A stretch of DNA of 64,000 bases. Source: a bacterium (GTDB lineage: Bacteria > Patescibacteriota > Minisyncoccia > Phycocordibacterales > Phycocordibacteraceae). Shown piece after piece: positions 20,908 to 29,731 of the stretch. Position numbers and translations under genes: made by a program. Every line of letters starts with the position of its first letter. Positions within the stretch are counted from its first letter, which is position 1. Where the stretch lies: positions 433,992 through 497,991 of the forward strand of contig JBBCGK010000001.1 in the NCBI GenBank assembly GCA_037200965.1, written 5' to 3'. The notes beneath the pieces were generated by a model. The model had not been told where the DNA came from, did no database searches, and saw only the letters and a list, made by a program, of their open reading frames with translations.

Positions 20908-21588
20908 TTATCCGACCTGCTCGCGAACCTTGTCGATGTAGCGGGCAGCCGCTGCCTGGCCGCCAAGGCCGAAGGCAAGGCCCACCGCCAGGGAAACCGC
21001 GATGACGACGCCCGTGAAGAGGGTCTGCACGAAGGCGGTCGCGACCTGAAGCTGCGCGAGCGCCGCGAGGATCGCGAAGATCCAGATCGCCCATCTTGCG
21101 ACGGAGCCGAGGAAGTTCGCCGACGGCATGTTCGCCGCGCGCGCTGCGCCCGCGACGAGGTTCTGCACCACGTCCGCGATCACCGCTGCGACGAGAAGGA
21201 TAAGGACGGCCACGATAACCTGCGGGAGATACCCGAGCACTACTTCGCGAAGGAAGATCGTCACGTCGGAGAGCCCGAGTACGTCGAGGGACGCGATGAG
21301 GAACACGACGATGAAGAACCACTTGACCAGGGCGCCAAGGAACGCGCCGGAGTTAAGGGTGAATCCTGCGCGGGTGAGGACGCGCTCTACGCCCGCCGAA
21401 CGGAGCGCCTGATCGACGCGGATCGAGTTAATGATCTGCGCGACCACGCGGCCGACGCCTGCGCCGATAAGCCAACCGATGACGAAGATGATGATCGCGA
21501 CGACGAGCGTCGGGATGAACTGCACGAGGCCGTAGAAGAGACCCAAAAACGACTGGCTGAGCACGTCTGACCAAGTAGTGAGAAACAT
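20908..21588 (-). CDS. Membrane protein with repeated TM-helix motifs (possibly mechanosensitive-channel related)
   Basis: 226 aa, ~6 hydrophobic helices; repeated Vxxxxxxxxxxl motifs. Confidence 0.5.
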   Translation of the reverse strand: MFLTTWSDVLSQSFLGLFYGLVQFIPTLVVAIIIFVIGWLIGAGVGRVVAQIINSIRVDQALRSAGVERVLTRAGFTLNSGAFLGALVKWFFIVVFLIASLDVLGLSDVTIFLREVVLGYLPQVIVAVLILLVAAVIADVVQNLVAGAARAANMPSANFLGSVARWAIWIFAILAALAQLQVATAFVQTLFTGVVIAVSLAVGLAFGLGGQAAAARYIDKVREQVG

Positions 21589-21735
21589 AGTGTGGGTAGT
21601 TTTTATAATTGTCCCTCGAGGCTGCCTCTCTTGGAACGGTTATCCGGTAAAGCCGGCCCGGGTCTCCCCGTGTGGCCTGCTGTCTATAAGTGTAGCAGGG
21701 ATGGGCAAAAACAGCCTTTCGGGTGTGGATAGTTT

Positions 21736-22302
21736 TTAGGAAGGTTTGAGCCCTATTTTATCGAAAATGGCCCGGTGCGGATAGTCGAGAACGTTCCGTA
21801 TGAGGCGGTCGTAGACGCCCAGACGGTAGCGGAAGTCTTCCGTGGAGAACGAGGCGTAGCGTATCTCGCGCCCGAGCTCGGCTTCGATGCCGTGAACCGC
21901 TGCCTTAAGCGCCCGCTCGACAAGCTTGTCGCCTACGATAAGCAAGTCGATCTCGGATTCGGCGACGCCCGTGAAGAGCCCTGAAGTAACGACAAGGCGA
22001 AGAGTTCCTCCTTTTCTAAGTGCGGCCAGAACTTCGGCATTCTCCACGTTCGTCGTCGTGCGCACGAAGTCGGCAAGCGCGTCGTAATACGGGAAACGCT
22101 TCTCGGCGGCATACCCGCTTCCCCGCTTCTTGATAACGCCCGCGGCGGCAAGGGTGCTTATCTCCTTGCGCGCCGCGGCTTTTGAAAGCTTCGTCCGGAA
22201 TGCCGCGTCGGAAACGGAGAACGCGGATGCGGGGTTGAAAATGAAAAGACGAAGGAGCTTGAGGCGGGCGTTCGAGCCGAAGAGTTTCGCGAGCGGATCC
22301 AT
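21736..22302 (-). CDS. Hypothetical protein with N-terminal winged-helix-like domain
   Basis: Start assumed at MDPLAKLFGSNARLKLLRLF...; no catalytic motif. Confidence 0.45.
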   Translation of the reverse strand: MDPLAKLFGSNARLKLLRLFIFNPASAFSVSDAAFRTKLSKAAARKEISTLAAAGVIKKRGSGYAAEKRFPYYDALADFVRTTTNVENAEVLAALRKGGTLRLVVTSGLFTGVAESEIDLLIVGDKLVERALKAAVHGIEAELGREIRYASFSTEDFRYRLGVYDRLIRNVLDYPHRAIFDKIGLKPS

Positions 22303-22356
22303 ATTCGATTCCGCGCATTCTACCGCGCTTCGAAGTCCCGTGTCCAAGCCTTGACG

Positions 22357-22399
22357 AAAACAACAAAAAACGCCCTGTGGGGGCGTTTTTTGTTGTTTT
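22357..22399 (-). terminator. Rho-independent terminator downstream of rplL
   Basis: Hairpin aaaacaacaaaaaacgccc-tgtg-ggggcgttttttgttgtttt. Confidence 0.65.
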
Positions 22400-22409
22400 C
22401 GCTTTCGGA

Positions 22410-22883
22410 TTATTTGAGCGTAACCTTCGCTCCTGCCTCCTCGAGCTTCTTCTTGAGTTCATCGGCTTCCTCCTTCTTCATGTCGGCCTTCACGACCGAC
22501 GGAGCCGCGTCGACGAGATCCTTCGCCTCCTTGAGACCAAGGCCGAGCGCCTCCTTCACCACCTTGATGACGGCGATCTTCGATGCGCCGGAGTCGGTAA
22601 GTTCGACGGTTGCGGTCGACTTCCCTTCCTCGGCGGGACCCGCGGCTGCGGGACCCGCGACCGCGACTGCCGCAGCCGAGACGCCGAACTTCTTCTCGAG
22701 CACCTTCACGAGTTCTGAGAGCTCAAGAACAGTCATGTTCTCAACTTCCTCGACAAGCTTCTTGAACTTTGCCGGTACCTCCACCTTCTCCTCTTCTTTC
22801 GGGGCTGCCGCAGGAGCCGGAGCCGCCTCCGGCGCAGCTGCCTCGGGGGCCGCCGCTTCCTCTACCTTCTTTTCTTCGTCCAT
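22410..22883 (-). CDS. rplL: Ribosomal protein L7/L12 with ~37-aa Ala/Pro/Glu-rich N-terminal extension
   Basis: ...[25 protein letters not shown]...[24 protein letters not shown]...AGAKVTLK is canonical L7/L12. The first in-frame ATG adds [33 protein letters not shown]. Confidence 0.85.
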   Translation of the reverse strand: MDEEKKVEEAAAPEAAAPEAAPAPAAAPKEEEKVEVPAKFKKLVEEVENMTVLELSELVKVLEKKFGVSAAAVAVAGPAAAGPAEEGKSTATVELTDSGASKIAVIKVVKEALGLGLKEAKDLVDAAPSVVKADMKKEEADELKKKLEEAGAKVTLK

Positions 22884-22908
22884 AGTAATGAGTTAAATGG
22901 GAATAAAG

Positions 22909-23403
22909 TTATGCCGCTTTCTTTTCCGCGATCTTGTTGAGCGCGACCACGAATCCCTGGATAGGGCTATTGATCACGTTCACGAACATGCCGCGAAGCA
23001 CCGGTACCGGCGGGATGGTGGCGATGGCCGTCATCTGGCCCGCATCCGCGAATGCGTTCTCGAACACGCCGCCGACAATCGCGAGCGCTTCCTTGAGCTT
23101 CTTCGCGTGCTCGTAGATCGAGCGGGCGGGAAGCGTCGCGTCTCCCTTGCCCCAGGCGATCGCGATTTCTCCGGCAAGCTCCGGAACGTCTCCGGTATAG
23201 CCTCGCTCGGCGAGCGCGCGACGGATAAGCGTCTTCTTCGCGACATAGAACCCGACGCCCTCGGCGCGAAGCGCCTTGCGCATTTTGGTCGTGTCCGCGA
23301 CCGAAAGCTTGTGGAAGCGCACGAATACGACCGAAGCCGCTTCGCCAAGCGCGCCCTTGAGCTTTTCAACGATGTCTACTTTCTTTTGTTTGGTGATTGC
23401 CAT
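22909..23403 (-). CDS. rplJ: Ribosomal protein L10
   Basis: MAITKQKKVDIVEKLKG... L10 N-terminus; immediately upstream of rplL. Confidence 0.85.
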   Translation of the reverse strand: MAITKQKKVDIVEKLKGALGEAASVVFVRFHKLSVADTTKMRKALRAEGVGFYVAKKTLIRRALAERGYTGDVPELAGEIAIAWGKGDATLPARSIYEHAKKLKEALAIVGGVFENAFADAGQMTAIATIPPVPVLRGMFVNVINSPIQGFVVALNKIAEKKAA

Positions 23404-23650
23404 GTGATTTGTTAGTACGAAACGACACTGGTCCCGGAAGCTTTCGCTTCCGGGACCGAAGGAGGGCTCGACCTCTTTCACCCCGCATGAGGGGATCAAG
23501 ATGTGCCTCGGCAGGGTTTACGGCCTTTCGGGCCACCTGCTGTCTTCGGTCCGTACCCGGCCACCATACTAAATGGTGGCCGATAAGGCAAGCGCCGCTT
23601 CATGAAGGTTCTTCATGAAATCTTCGTAATCCGTAGGTTCTACTGATTGC
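23404..23650 (-). promoter_or_regulatory. Ribosomal protein L10 leader (autoregulatory 5' UTR)
   Basis: ~250-nt structured untranslated region upstream of rplJ with strong hairpins (e.g. ggtcccggaagc-tttc-gcttccgggacc); its position matches the L10 leader. Confidence 0.45.
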
Positions 23651-23681
23651 GTTCCCCTTAGAAACCGTTACCCTCTACACT

Positions 23682-24359
23682 ATGCGCATCCTTATCGTGG
23701 AAGACGAGCCGCAGCTCGCCGAAAACCTCAAGAAGGGCCTTGAAATGAAGGGGTTCGCCGTCGACTGGGTCGCCGAGAGCGAGAAGGCGCGGACCCGGAT
23801 CATGCTCTATAAGAACGAGTACGACCTCATACTCCTTGACCTCATGCTTCCGGGCCTCGGAGGCGACGCCATCTGCCGGGAAGCCAGGGAAGCGGGGGTG
23901 AAGACGCCGATCATTATCCTCACCGCCAAGGCCGAAGCCGAAGAGAAGGTGTCGCTCCTCAACTCGGGAGCGGACGACTACGTCGTAAAGCCGTTCTCGT
24001 TCGACGAGCTTGTCGCCCGCATAAACGCCGTGCTGCGGCGCCCCGAAAGCGCGCTTCCCGCCGCGCTTACCGTCCGCGATATCATTCTTGACCCGGCAAC
24101 GAGACAAGTCACCAAAGCCGGCGAGAAAATCGCGCTTACACTCAAGGAATACTCTCTCCTCGAATACTTCATGCGCCGGCCGGGCGAAGCGCTTACCCGG
24201 GAAGACGTGCTCGATCATGTCTGGAATTTCGACTTCTCCGGGTTCAGTAACGTGCTTGACGTGCATATGAAGAATCTCCGCAAGAAGCTCGACGATTACG
24301 CGGGCGGCACTCCCCTCTTCGAGACGGTGCGGGGCGTAGGGTACCGCCTGAATCCGTAA
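23682..24359 (+). CDS. Two-component response regulator, OmpR/PhoB family
   Basis: Receiver domain (LILLDLMLPGLGG, phospho-Asp) plus winged-helix trans_reg_C (...VRGVGYRL). Confidence 0.85.
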   Translation: MRILIVEDEPQLAENLKKGLEMKGFAVDWVAESEKARTRIMLYKNEYDLILLDLMLPGLGGDAICREAREAGVKTPIIILTAKAEAEEKVSLLNSGADDYVVKPFSFDELVARINAVLRRPESALPAALTVRDIILDPATRQVTKAGEKIALTLKEYSLLEYFMRRPGEALTREDVLDHVWNFDFSGFSNVLDVHMKNLRKKLDDYAGGTPLFETVRGVGYRLNP

Positions 24360-24530
24360 CATGGCCGATATCCCCCACGACATCCGCAGTTCCCTCGCGA
24401 TCATCAAGAGCGGTACCGAACTCGCGCTCATGAATCCCGGGCTTGATCCTGAGTCGAAAAAGATATTCGATTCCACGCTTCGCGAAATCGACCGCATACA
24501 CGAACTTCTGAAACAGCTTCCGAAATAAAA
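24360..24530 (+). pseudogene. Histidine-kinase H-box remnant (56-codon ORF)
   Basis: MADIPHDIRSSLAIIKSGTELAL... resembles the HisKA phospho-acceptor box (HELRTPL). No ATPase domain follows before the terminator. Confidence 0.4.
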
Positions 24531-24537
24531 TCCGGGT

Positions 24538-24575
24538 AAATCAAAACCGCCCCGTACGGGGCGGTTTTGATTTCT
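24538..24575. terminator. Rho-independent terminator
   Basis: aaatcaaaaccgcccc-gtac-ggggcggttttgattt. Confidence 0.65.
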
Positions 24576-24586
24576 AGCGTGAGAAT

Positions 24587-26143
24587 TTACTTAATCCACG
24601 CACGGGTCTTCGGACCGAAGTAGCCAGCAGCAGGCGTGATGCCGACCGATGCCTGGTACTTTGCGAGCGCGGCCTGGGTAAGGGCCCCGAAGAGGTCGGT
24701 TTCCATACCAGCCGACCCTGGTCCCGTCGCGGCGACCATGAAGCCATGTGCGTTGAGCCACATCTGGAGAGCCTTCACGTCGGCTCCGCTTGAACCGATG
24801 GTGAGGTCGCGGGTGAAGGAAGCCGAAACTCCTCCCATCGCGTTTGCCTGCGCCATAAGTGCTGCGAGCTGCGCGTTGAGGGCTGCAAGCTGCGCTTCTA
24901 CGCTCGTCGAGGTGGTAGTCGTGGTGGTGGTAGAACCGGAAGTGCTCGAGCTCGAAGAAGACGAGCCGCCGGAGCTGTGGTGATGGCTTCCGCCACCGCC
25001 ACCGTTTGTGCTTCCCGCGCCCGCTCCCACTTCAACGTCGGTGCTGTAAGTGAAGGCGGTTCCTGCGACAGCGGCCGTACAGGTAACCATGACATCGTCT
25101 TCGGTACAGGTGACATCCGTATTCGAAGCAAGCTGCCCGTTCAGTGCTTCAACGACCTGCTGGGCAGTAACATCGGTTCCGGAGCTGTAACTATAATCAG
25201 TATCGTTGATCGTTACCGTGTACTTCGCGCGAATGACGCTTCCCGGAGTAAAGGTAACTACCTGTGCGGTCGTGCCGTAGTTAGAATCGCCAAGGACGAT
25301 TGACCCGTTCGCTCCGTTCGCCCGCGTGAAGGTCAGGTTGGCCGCGCTCGGGTTCGTTACAACGTATGCGCCCGTCGAGCCGTAGCTGGTACCGCCGGTG
25401 TACGTAGCAGCAGCGAGAGCCGCAGCAACTTGATTCGCGGTGAGCACGGACGTGCCGAGGTTGATGACGACACCGTCAACCGTCACCGAATGGTCGCCAG
25501 CGTTTGCCGGGAGACCAGCGGGAATGACGACGGTCGTCGTTGCCGGGATGGCGTTTGCGCCCCCGGCAAGCGCGGTGAGCGTAAATCCTGCGTTCGTCAC
25601 GCCTTCGGCCCAATAGCCAGAGTTGACGGCAATATTTCCTGCTGCGCCAGCCGTGTCGTTTGTCAGGACCAGGATTCCCCCGCCGCTGTTAGAGGACGTA
25701 ATGGTGAGTGCGGAGGTGACTCCATTGATTGCCGTGTTGATAAGTGCGGCAACGCTTGCGGCGTCGGTCGCGGCGCTAACTGCGATCTCGATGCCTCCTG
25801 CTACGCCGTTGGCATCTTTACAAGCCTGGGCCGTACCCGCATCGCTTGAAAGCGAGTTATCCACGTCGAAGTAGAAACAGACCGCGGTCGCGGCGACTCC
25901 GGTGTGCGAGAGGATGAAGTAATCGTTGTTCGCGAGGTTCGCTTTCGCGACGGCCGTCAGGGTTGACGTTGCCGCGATTGCTACGGTACCGCCGGTAAGG
26001 GCGATAGCCGGGATCGAAGCGGTCTCGGTATTGGCCACAGTTTCCTGTGCGGTCAGGGTCGGCGTGACCGCTGCAAGCCCGACCGAAGGAAGGACAAGAA
26101 GCGCGAGCGCCAGGACCGGGGTTAATAGGGCAAGCTTTTTCAT
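24587..26143 (-). CDS. Secreted Ala/Thr/Gly-rich surface protein with C-terminal coiled-coil plus peptidoglycan-binding (PG_binding_1-like) domain
   Basis: Signal peptide MKKLALLTPVLALALLV; poly-S/T linker; C-terminal ...GADVKALQMWLNAHGF...YFGPKTRAWI. Confidence 0.7.
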   Translation of the reverse strand: MKKLALLTPVLALALLVLPSVGLAAVTPTLTAQETVANTETASIPAIALTGGTVAIAATSTLTAVAKANLANNDYFILSHTGVAATAVCFYFDVDNSLSSDAGTAQACKDANGVAGGIEIAVSAATDAASVAALINTAINGVTSALTITSSNSGGGILVLTNDTAGAAGNIAVNSGYWAEGVTNAGFTLTALAGGANAIPATTTVVIPAGLPANAGDHSVTVDGVVINLGTSVLTANQVAAALAAATYTGGTSYGSTGAYVVTNPSAANLTFTRANGANGSIVLGDSNYGTTAQVVTFTPGSVIRAKYTVTINDTDYSYSSGTDVTAQQVVEALNGQLASNTDVTCTEDDVMVTCTAAVAGTAFTYSTDVEVGAGAGSTNGGGGGSHHHSSGGSSSSSSSTSGSTTTTTTTSTSVEAQLAALNAQLAALMAQANAMGGVSASFTRDLTIGSSGADVKALQMWLNAHGFMVAATGPGSAGMETDLFGALTQAALAKYQASVGITPAAGYFGPKTRAWIK

Positions 26144-26243
26144 CGTTAAATTAAAGTTGAGACTAATAAATACTTCTTCAGTATACCTACGCACTCCGCA
26201 TGAAGATAAGTTATCCCCCATTGGTTCTTCCCTCCCTCAAACG

Positions 26244-26271
26244 CAAAACCCCCGCTTTCGCGGGGGTTTTG
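26244..26271 (-). terminator. Hairpin terminator downstream of the 658-aa surface protein gene
   Basis: aaaacccccgc-tttc-gcgggggtttt. Confidence 0.5.
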
Positions 26272-26325
26272 CTGCCTGACAACTCGTCTGGCTAACGTGT
26301 TCCGGAACGAATCCCGGAAAGCTCG

Positions 26326-28302
26326 TTAGTCAGCCGTGATGTACACAGCGTCGGTCTCGTAGTCCGCATTGTCGAGGTCGACATTGAACTTCGAGAGCGG
26401 CGTGAGGTCATTCTCTACAGAGTAGTTGACCTCAGCGAGCTGGATCGCGTACTGACCGGTGCCGGTCAAGGTGAGCGGATCAAGAGTGACGGTGAGCGTG
26501 AACGTTTCCGTCGCGCCTGCGTCAACCTTGAAGTTTCCGTTCTTCGTGTGCGCCGTCGAAGAAAGCGTTGCCGTCTTCGAGTCGAACGCGACCGAGGTGG
26601 TTGCACCGTTCTTGATGATGTCGTAGACCGCACCGGCAGTGTCGTTGCCAAGCGTCGAGCTTGCAGCCGTCTTACCGATGAAGATCGGATCATCCTCGTC
26701 AGCCGTCACATCGAACTTGATGATGAAGGTACCGTACGCATCGGAGTTGTCGGTCGAAGCCGTTACCGATTGCGAGGTGCTCTTCGGCGCGACATCGAAG
26801 CCGGTCTCCGAGACCATGTGGTCTTCAGAGGTTGCCGAGCCGGAGATGTCGGTCGATTCGACTTCGTCACCGCTTTCGACGCCCTCAGCCTCTACGCTCG
26901 AGTGATCGATCGCGAAGGTGATGGTGTTCGGAAGGTCGGAAGCGTATCCGCTGTCCGAAGCGAACTCGACGGAGAGGGTGAAGGTCTTGGTGCTGTCACC
27001 GTCAACCTGCGCCTCAATGTCGTCAAAGTCGATGGTTCCGTCATCGTTGATGTCGCCATCGTACTCATCATCGCCGTCGGAGACGGTCGCCTTCCGGATG
27101 ATATCCGATACATCGGCGGTGTTGAAGAGATCAGAGCTCGTCGCGACCGTGATGGTGAAGTCGGTGATGAGCGTATCCGCGTTGTCCTTGTTGCGGACAT
27201 CCCATGCGAATACGTCATATGCGTCCGAGGACTGGTCGTTCTCGACCTTAAGGGTCGTGGCATCCGGATTCTCGTCGCTTTCGCGGATCGAGAGGTCACC
27301 GTTCTCCTCGGCCTGGAAGTCGAAGCCAACCTTGTCGCTCGTCTTACCCGTGTACTGCTGGATGCCAGCGGCATCGATTGCGCGGATACCCTGGTCGGTC
27401 TCTACGGAGAGATCGAAGGATCCGTCATCGACATCGTCGTCGTCCATGTTGTCCGCGATGTCCGCTGCGAAGGTGAGCTCGGCAGTGCTGCCGTCCCTCA
27501 CCATGTAATCGAAGCCGGAAACCGAGATAGTGTAGACGCCGTCATCCTGGTCATCCCAATCGGCACGGCTGTCGGCATTGACATCGGCAAGCTTCTTGCC
27601 GTTGCCCCATACCGAGATCGTGTCGAAGTAGTCCCAAGGGCGCTCGCTTGCGGAACCCGAACCGGTGAATTCCACCGTGAGTTCTGCGCGCTGCACGTTC
27701 ACGTCACCGCCGTCAACGTCGAACTTCGCCGTTGCAAGCTTGACGTCCTGCTCGCCTTCCGCGCCGTCTCCGTCCTCCGAGCGGAGGTCGAAGTCAGTGA
27801 GGTCCGCCTCGCCGCCCTTAAGGGTCGTCGTGGTGGTCGTGGTCGAGCCGCCAGTCGTGGTGGTCGTGGTGGTCGTAGCGGACATCGAAGCGACCTTGGC
27901 GCGAGTGATCGGACCGAAGTAGCCTGCTGCCGGGCTTACGCCGTTTGCAGCCTGCCATGCGGCGAGAGCCGCCTTGGTCTGAGCACCGAAGTAGCCGGTT
28001 GCGCCAGCTGGGATCGCGAAGCCTTTCGCGATGAGCCAGGTCTGGAGCGCGGTTACGTCTGCGCCGGTCGAACCGATGGTGAGGTCACGAGTGAACGTGG
28101 TGCTCGTCGTGGTGGTCGTAGAGCCGTTCACCTGCGCCTGAAGCGCTGCGATGGTCTGCATGAGCGTCGCGATCTGCGCCTGGAGATCCGCCTGGCTCTG
28201 TGCGTGTGCCGGAGCAACTGCCGCAACAAAGGAAAGCGAAGCCGCCATAGCGAGACCGGCCGCAACTGCAGCGATCTTGGAGATCGAAGTTGCTTTAGTC
28301 AT
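26326..28302 (-). CDS. Secreted surface protein with N-terminal coiled-coil plus peptidoglycan-binding domain, and acidic Ca-binding-like D-rich repeats
   Basis: Signal peptide; ...GADVTALQTWLIAKGF...YFGPITRAKV (same PG-binding module as the neighbour but N-terminal); poly-T linkers; DGDDEYDGDINDDGTIDFDD tracts. Confidence 0.7.
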   Translation of the reverse strand: MTKATSISKIAAVAAGLAMAASLSFVAAVAPAHAQSQADLQAQIATLMQTIAALQAQVNGSTTTTTSTTFTRDLTIGSTGADVTALQTWLIAKGFAIPAGATGYFGAQTKAALAAWQAANGVSPAAGYFGPITRAKVASMSATTTTTTTTGGSTTTTTTTLKGGEADLTDFDLRSEDGDGAEGEQDVKLATAKFDVDGGDVNVQRAELTVEFTGSGSASERPWDYFDTISVWGNGKKLADVNADSRADWDDQDDGVYTISVSGFDYMVRDGSTAELTFAADIADNMDDDDVDDGSFDLSVETDQGIRAIDAAGIQQYTGKTSDKVGFDFQAEENGDLSIRESDENPDATTLKVENDQSSDAYDVFAWDVRNKDNADTLITDFTITVATSSDLFNTADVSDIIRKATVSDGDDEYDGDINDDGTIDFDDIEAQVDGDSTKTFTLSVEFASDSGYASDLPNTITFAIDHSSVEAEGVESGDEVESTDISGSATSEDHMVSETGFDVAPKSTSQSVTASTDNSDAYGTFIIKFDVTADEDDPIFIGKTAASSTLGNDTAGAVYDIIKNGATTSVAFDSKTATLSSTAHTKNGNFKVDAGATETFTLTVTLDPLTLTGTGQYAIQLAEVNYSVENDLTPLSKFNVDLDNADYETDAVYITAD

Positions 28303-28840
28303 AACTTGGTGTGCTTGTTTAATTTGGAACGCATGCGTCCGCGGCGTAACTGATAAGGTGCCGCGGCGCGCATGCGCGTTTTAAGTAATGTGAGTTCGCA
28401 CAAGAACTTCGCACTTTCAAACTACCCCGCGAAACGCGGTATCGACCTGCGCTCCCCGGGTTAGTTGGCAAGGTTTGGCGGAATTCGGCGGTTCTTTCGT
28501 AGAGGTAAAGCGGTCGTTCGGTACTCCGTTTTAGCAAACGGGCAAACACGCGGATGCTCCCGCGATTTTCTATGTACGCGCTTTCACGCGTTATTTCATT
28601 TTCAAAGTCCGGTCACTTCTGCCTGCTGCCCCGTATACAGTGACTGGATCAAAGTATACGGGATAGCCGCGGCGTTCTATACCGCAAGAAGCCTGTATGA
28701 ATGTGGATAACCGACTCCGCCTGGAAAACACAAAGAGGCCGTTTCCGGCCGCAGTCGTGATTACCGGTAGGTCGTCACCACATATAGAAGATACCTCCTG
28801 CGGCGGCCTAAGTCAATCTACCTCTAACTACCCAAAGAAA

Positions 28841-29626
28841 TTATGAAGGCTGCCCGGCAAGGCGATATGAGGTCCACCTGCGTTCCCCCGCTTTAATCAC
28901 AACTCCTTCATCGACAAGGGCCTGGAGCTCCCGCTGGATAGTCTTCTCGCTTACGTCTCGTATTACCATCGAAACATCCTTTATATAGAGGGGGCCTTTC
29001 CCGCGCAGTACGGCAAGTACGGCATCGCGGCGTCCTGATTTGCGCGGTTTGTCCGATATTTGTCCTATATGTCCTATATGCTCCGGGCGGTTCGCCGGTG
29101 TCCCCGGACGCGATTGCGGAATGGGTTTTACAAGCGTCTGAATGTTTCTTTGCGTCAGGATCTTGGCGAGTTCGGCAAGGGTCGGCGTGTTCTCAAGCAT
29201 GACGCGCGGCTCCTCATAGGCAGCAACTTCCTGGAGAAGTTCCCGGGCCTCATGCGCGATTAGGTCGGCATTCATGGAAGAGAGGAGGCCTCCGGTACGG
29301 GCGATCGCCAAAACACTTGAGAGCGCAAGAAGCTCGCGGGAAAGAGCCTCGCGCGCTTCTCGCGGTGCGAGTATCGCGCCGTCTATGAGGCCGACGGCGA
29401 CCGCGTCGATCTTGTCTCTTAGAGAGGGCGCGCGGGAAAATGCCGGACTTACTAAATGCACGGCTTTCGCGAGGCGCTCCGCTTTCTTGTAAATGAATAC
29501 GCGACGTATGTCCTTATCGAATATGTTGGAGAATATGCTCTTCTCTAGGACAAAGTCAGACAAGTCGGGGTTATAAGGACGCTGTGCGCTTGACTGGATT
29601 TCTGGATGTTGTCCTTTTTCCGCCAT
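28841..29626 (-). CDS. Hypothetical protein with C-terminal winged-helix-like domain
   Basis: 261-aa ORF; C-terminal ...VLAVLRGKGPLYIKDVSMVIRDVSEKTIQRELQALVDEGVV. Confidence 0.5.
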   Translation of the reverse strand: MAEKGQHPEIQSSAQRPYNPDLSDFVLEKSIFSNIFDKDIRRVFIYKKAERLAKAVHLVSPAFSRAPSLRDKIDAVAVGLIDGAILAPREAREALSRELLALSSVLAIARTGGLLSSMNADLIAHEARELLQEVAAYEEPRVMLENTPTLAELAKILTQRNIQTLVKPIPQSRPGTPANRPEHIGHIGQISDKPRKSGRRDAVLAVLRGKGPLYIKDVSMVIRDVSEKTIQRELQALVDEGVVIKAGERRWTSYRLAGQPS

Positions 29627-29731
29627 AAAGTCTTTTATGTAGTTCGTCCTTGAGAAGGAGTATATGTCTTATATACCGCTCGCGCAAATGTGTATAACAC
29701 CGCCAGAAAACCTAAGTGGTACAATGCTTAA

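Noticed and set aside
28303-28840. 540-nt intergenic region searched for tRNA/ncRNA
   Set aside because: No tRNA-like T-loop or cloverleaf was found. It contains only a palindrome (ccgtatac...gtatacgg) and is interpreted as a long 5' UTR or promoter region of the surface-protein gene.
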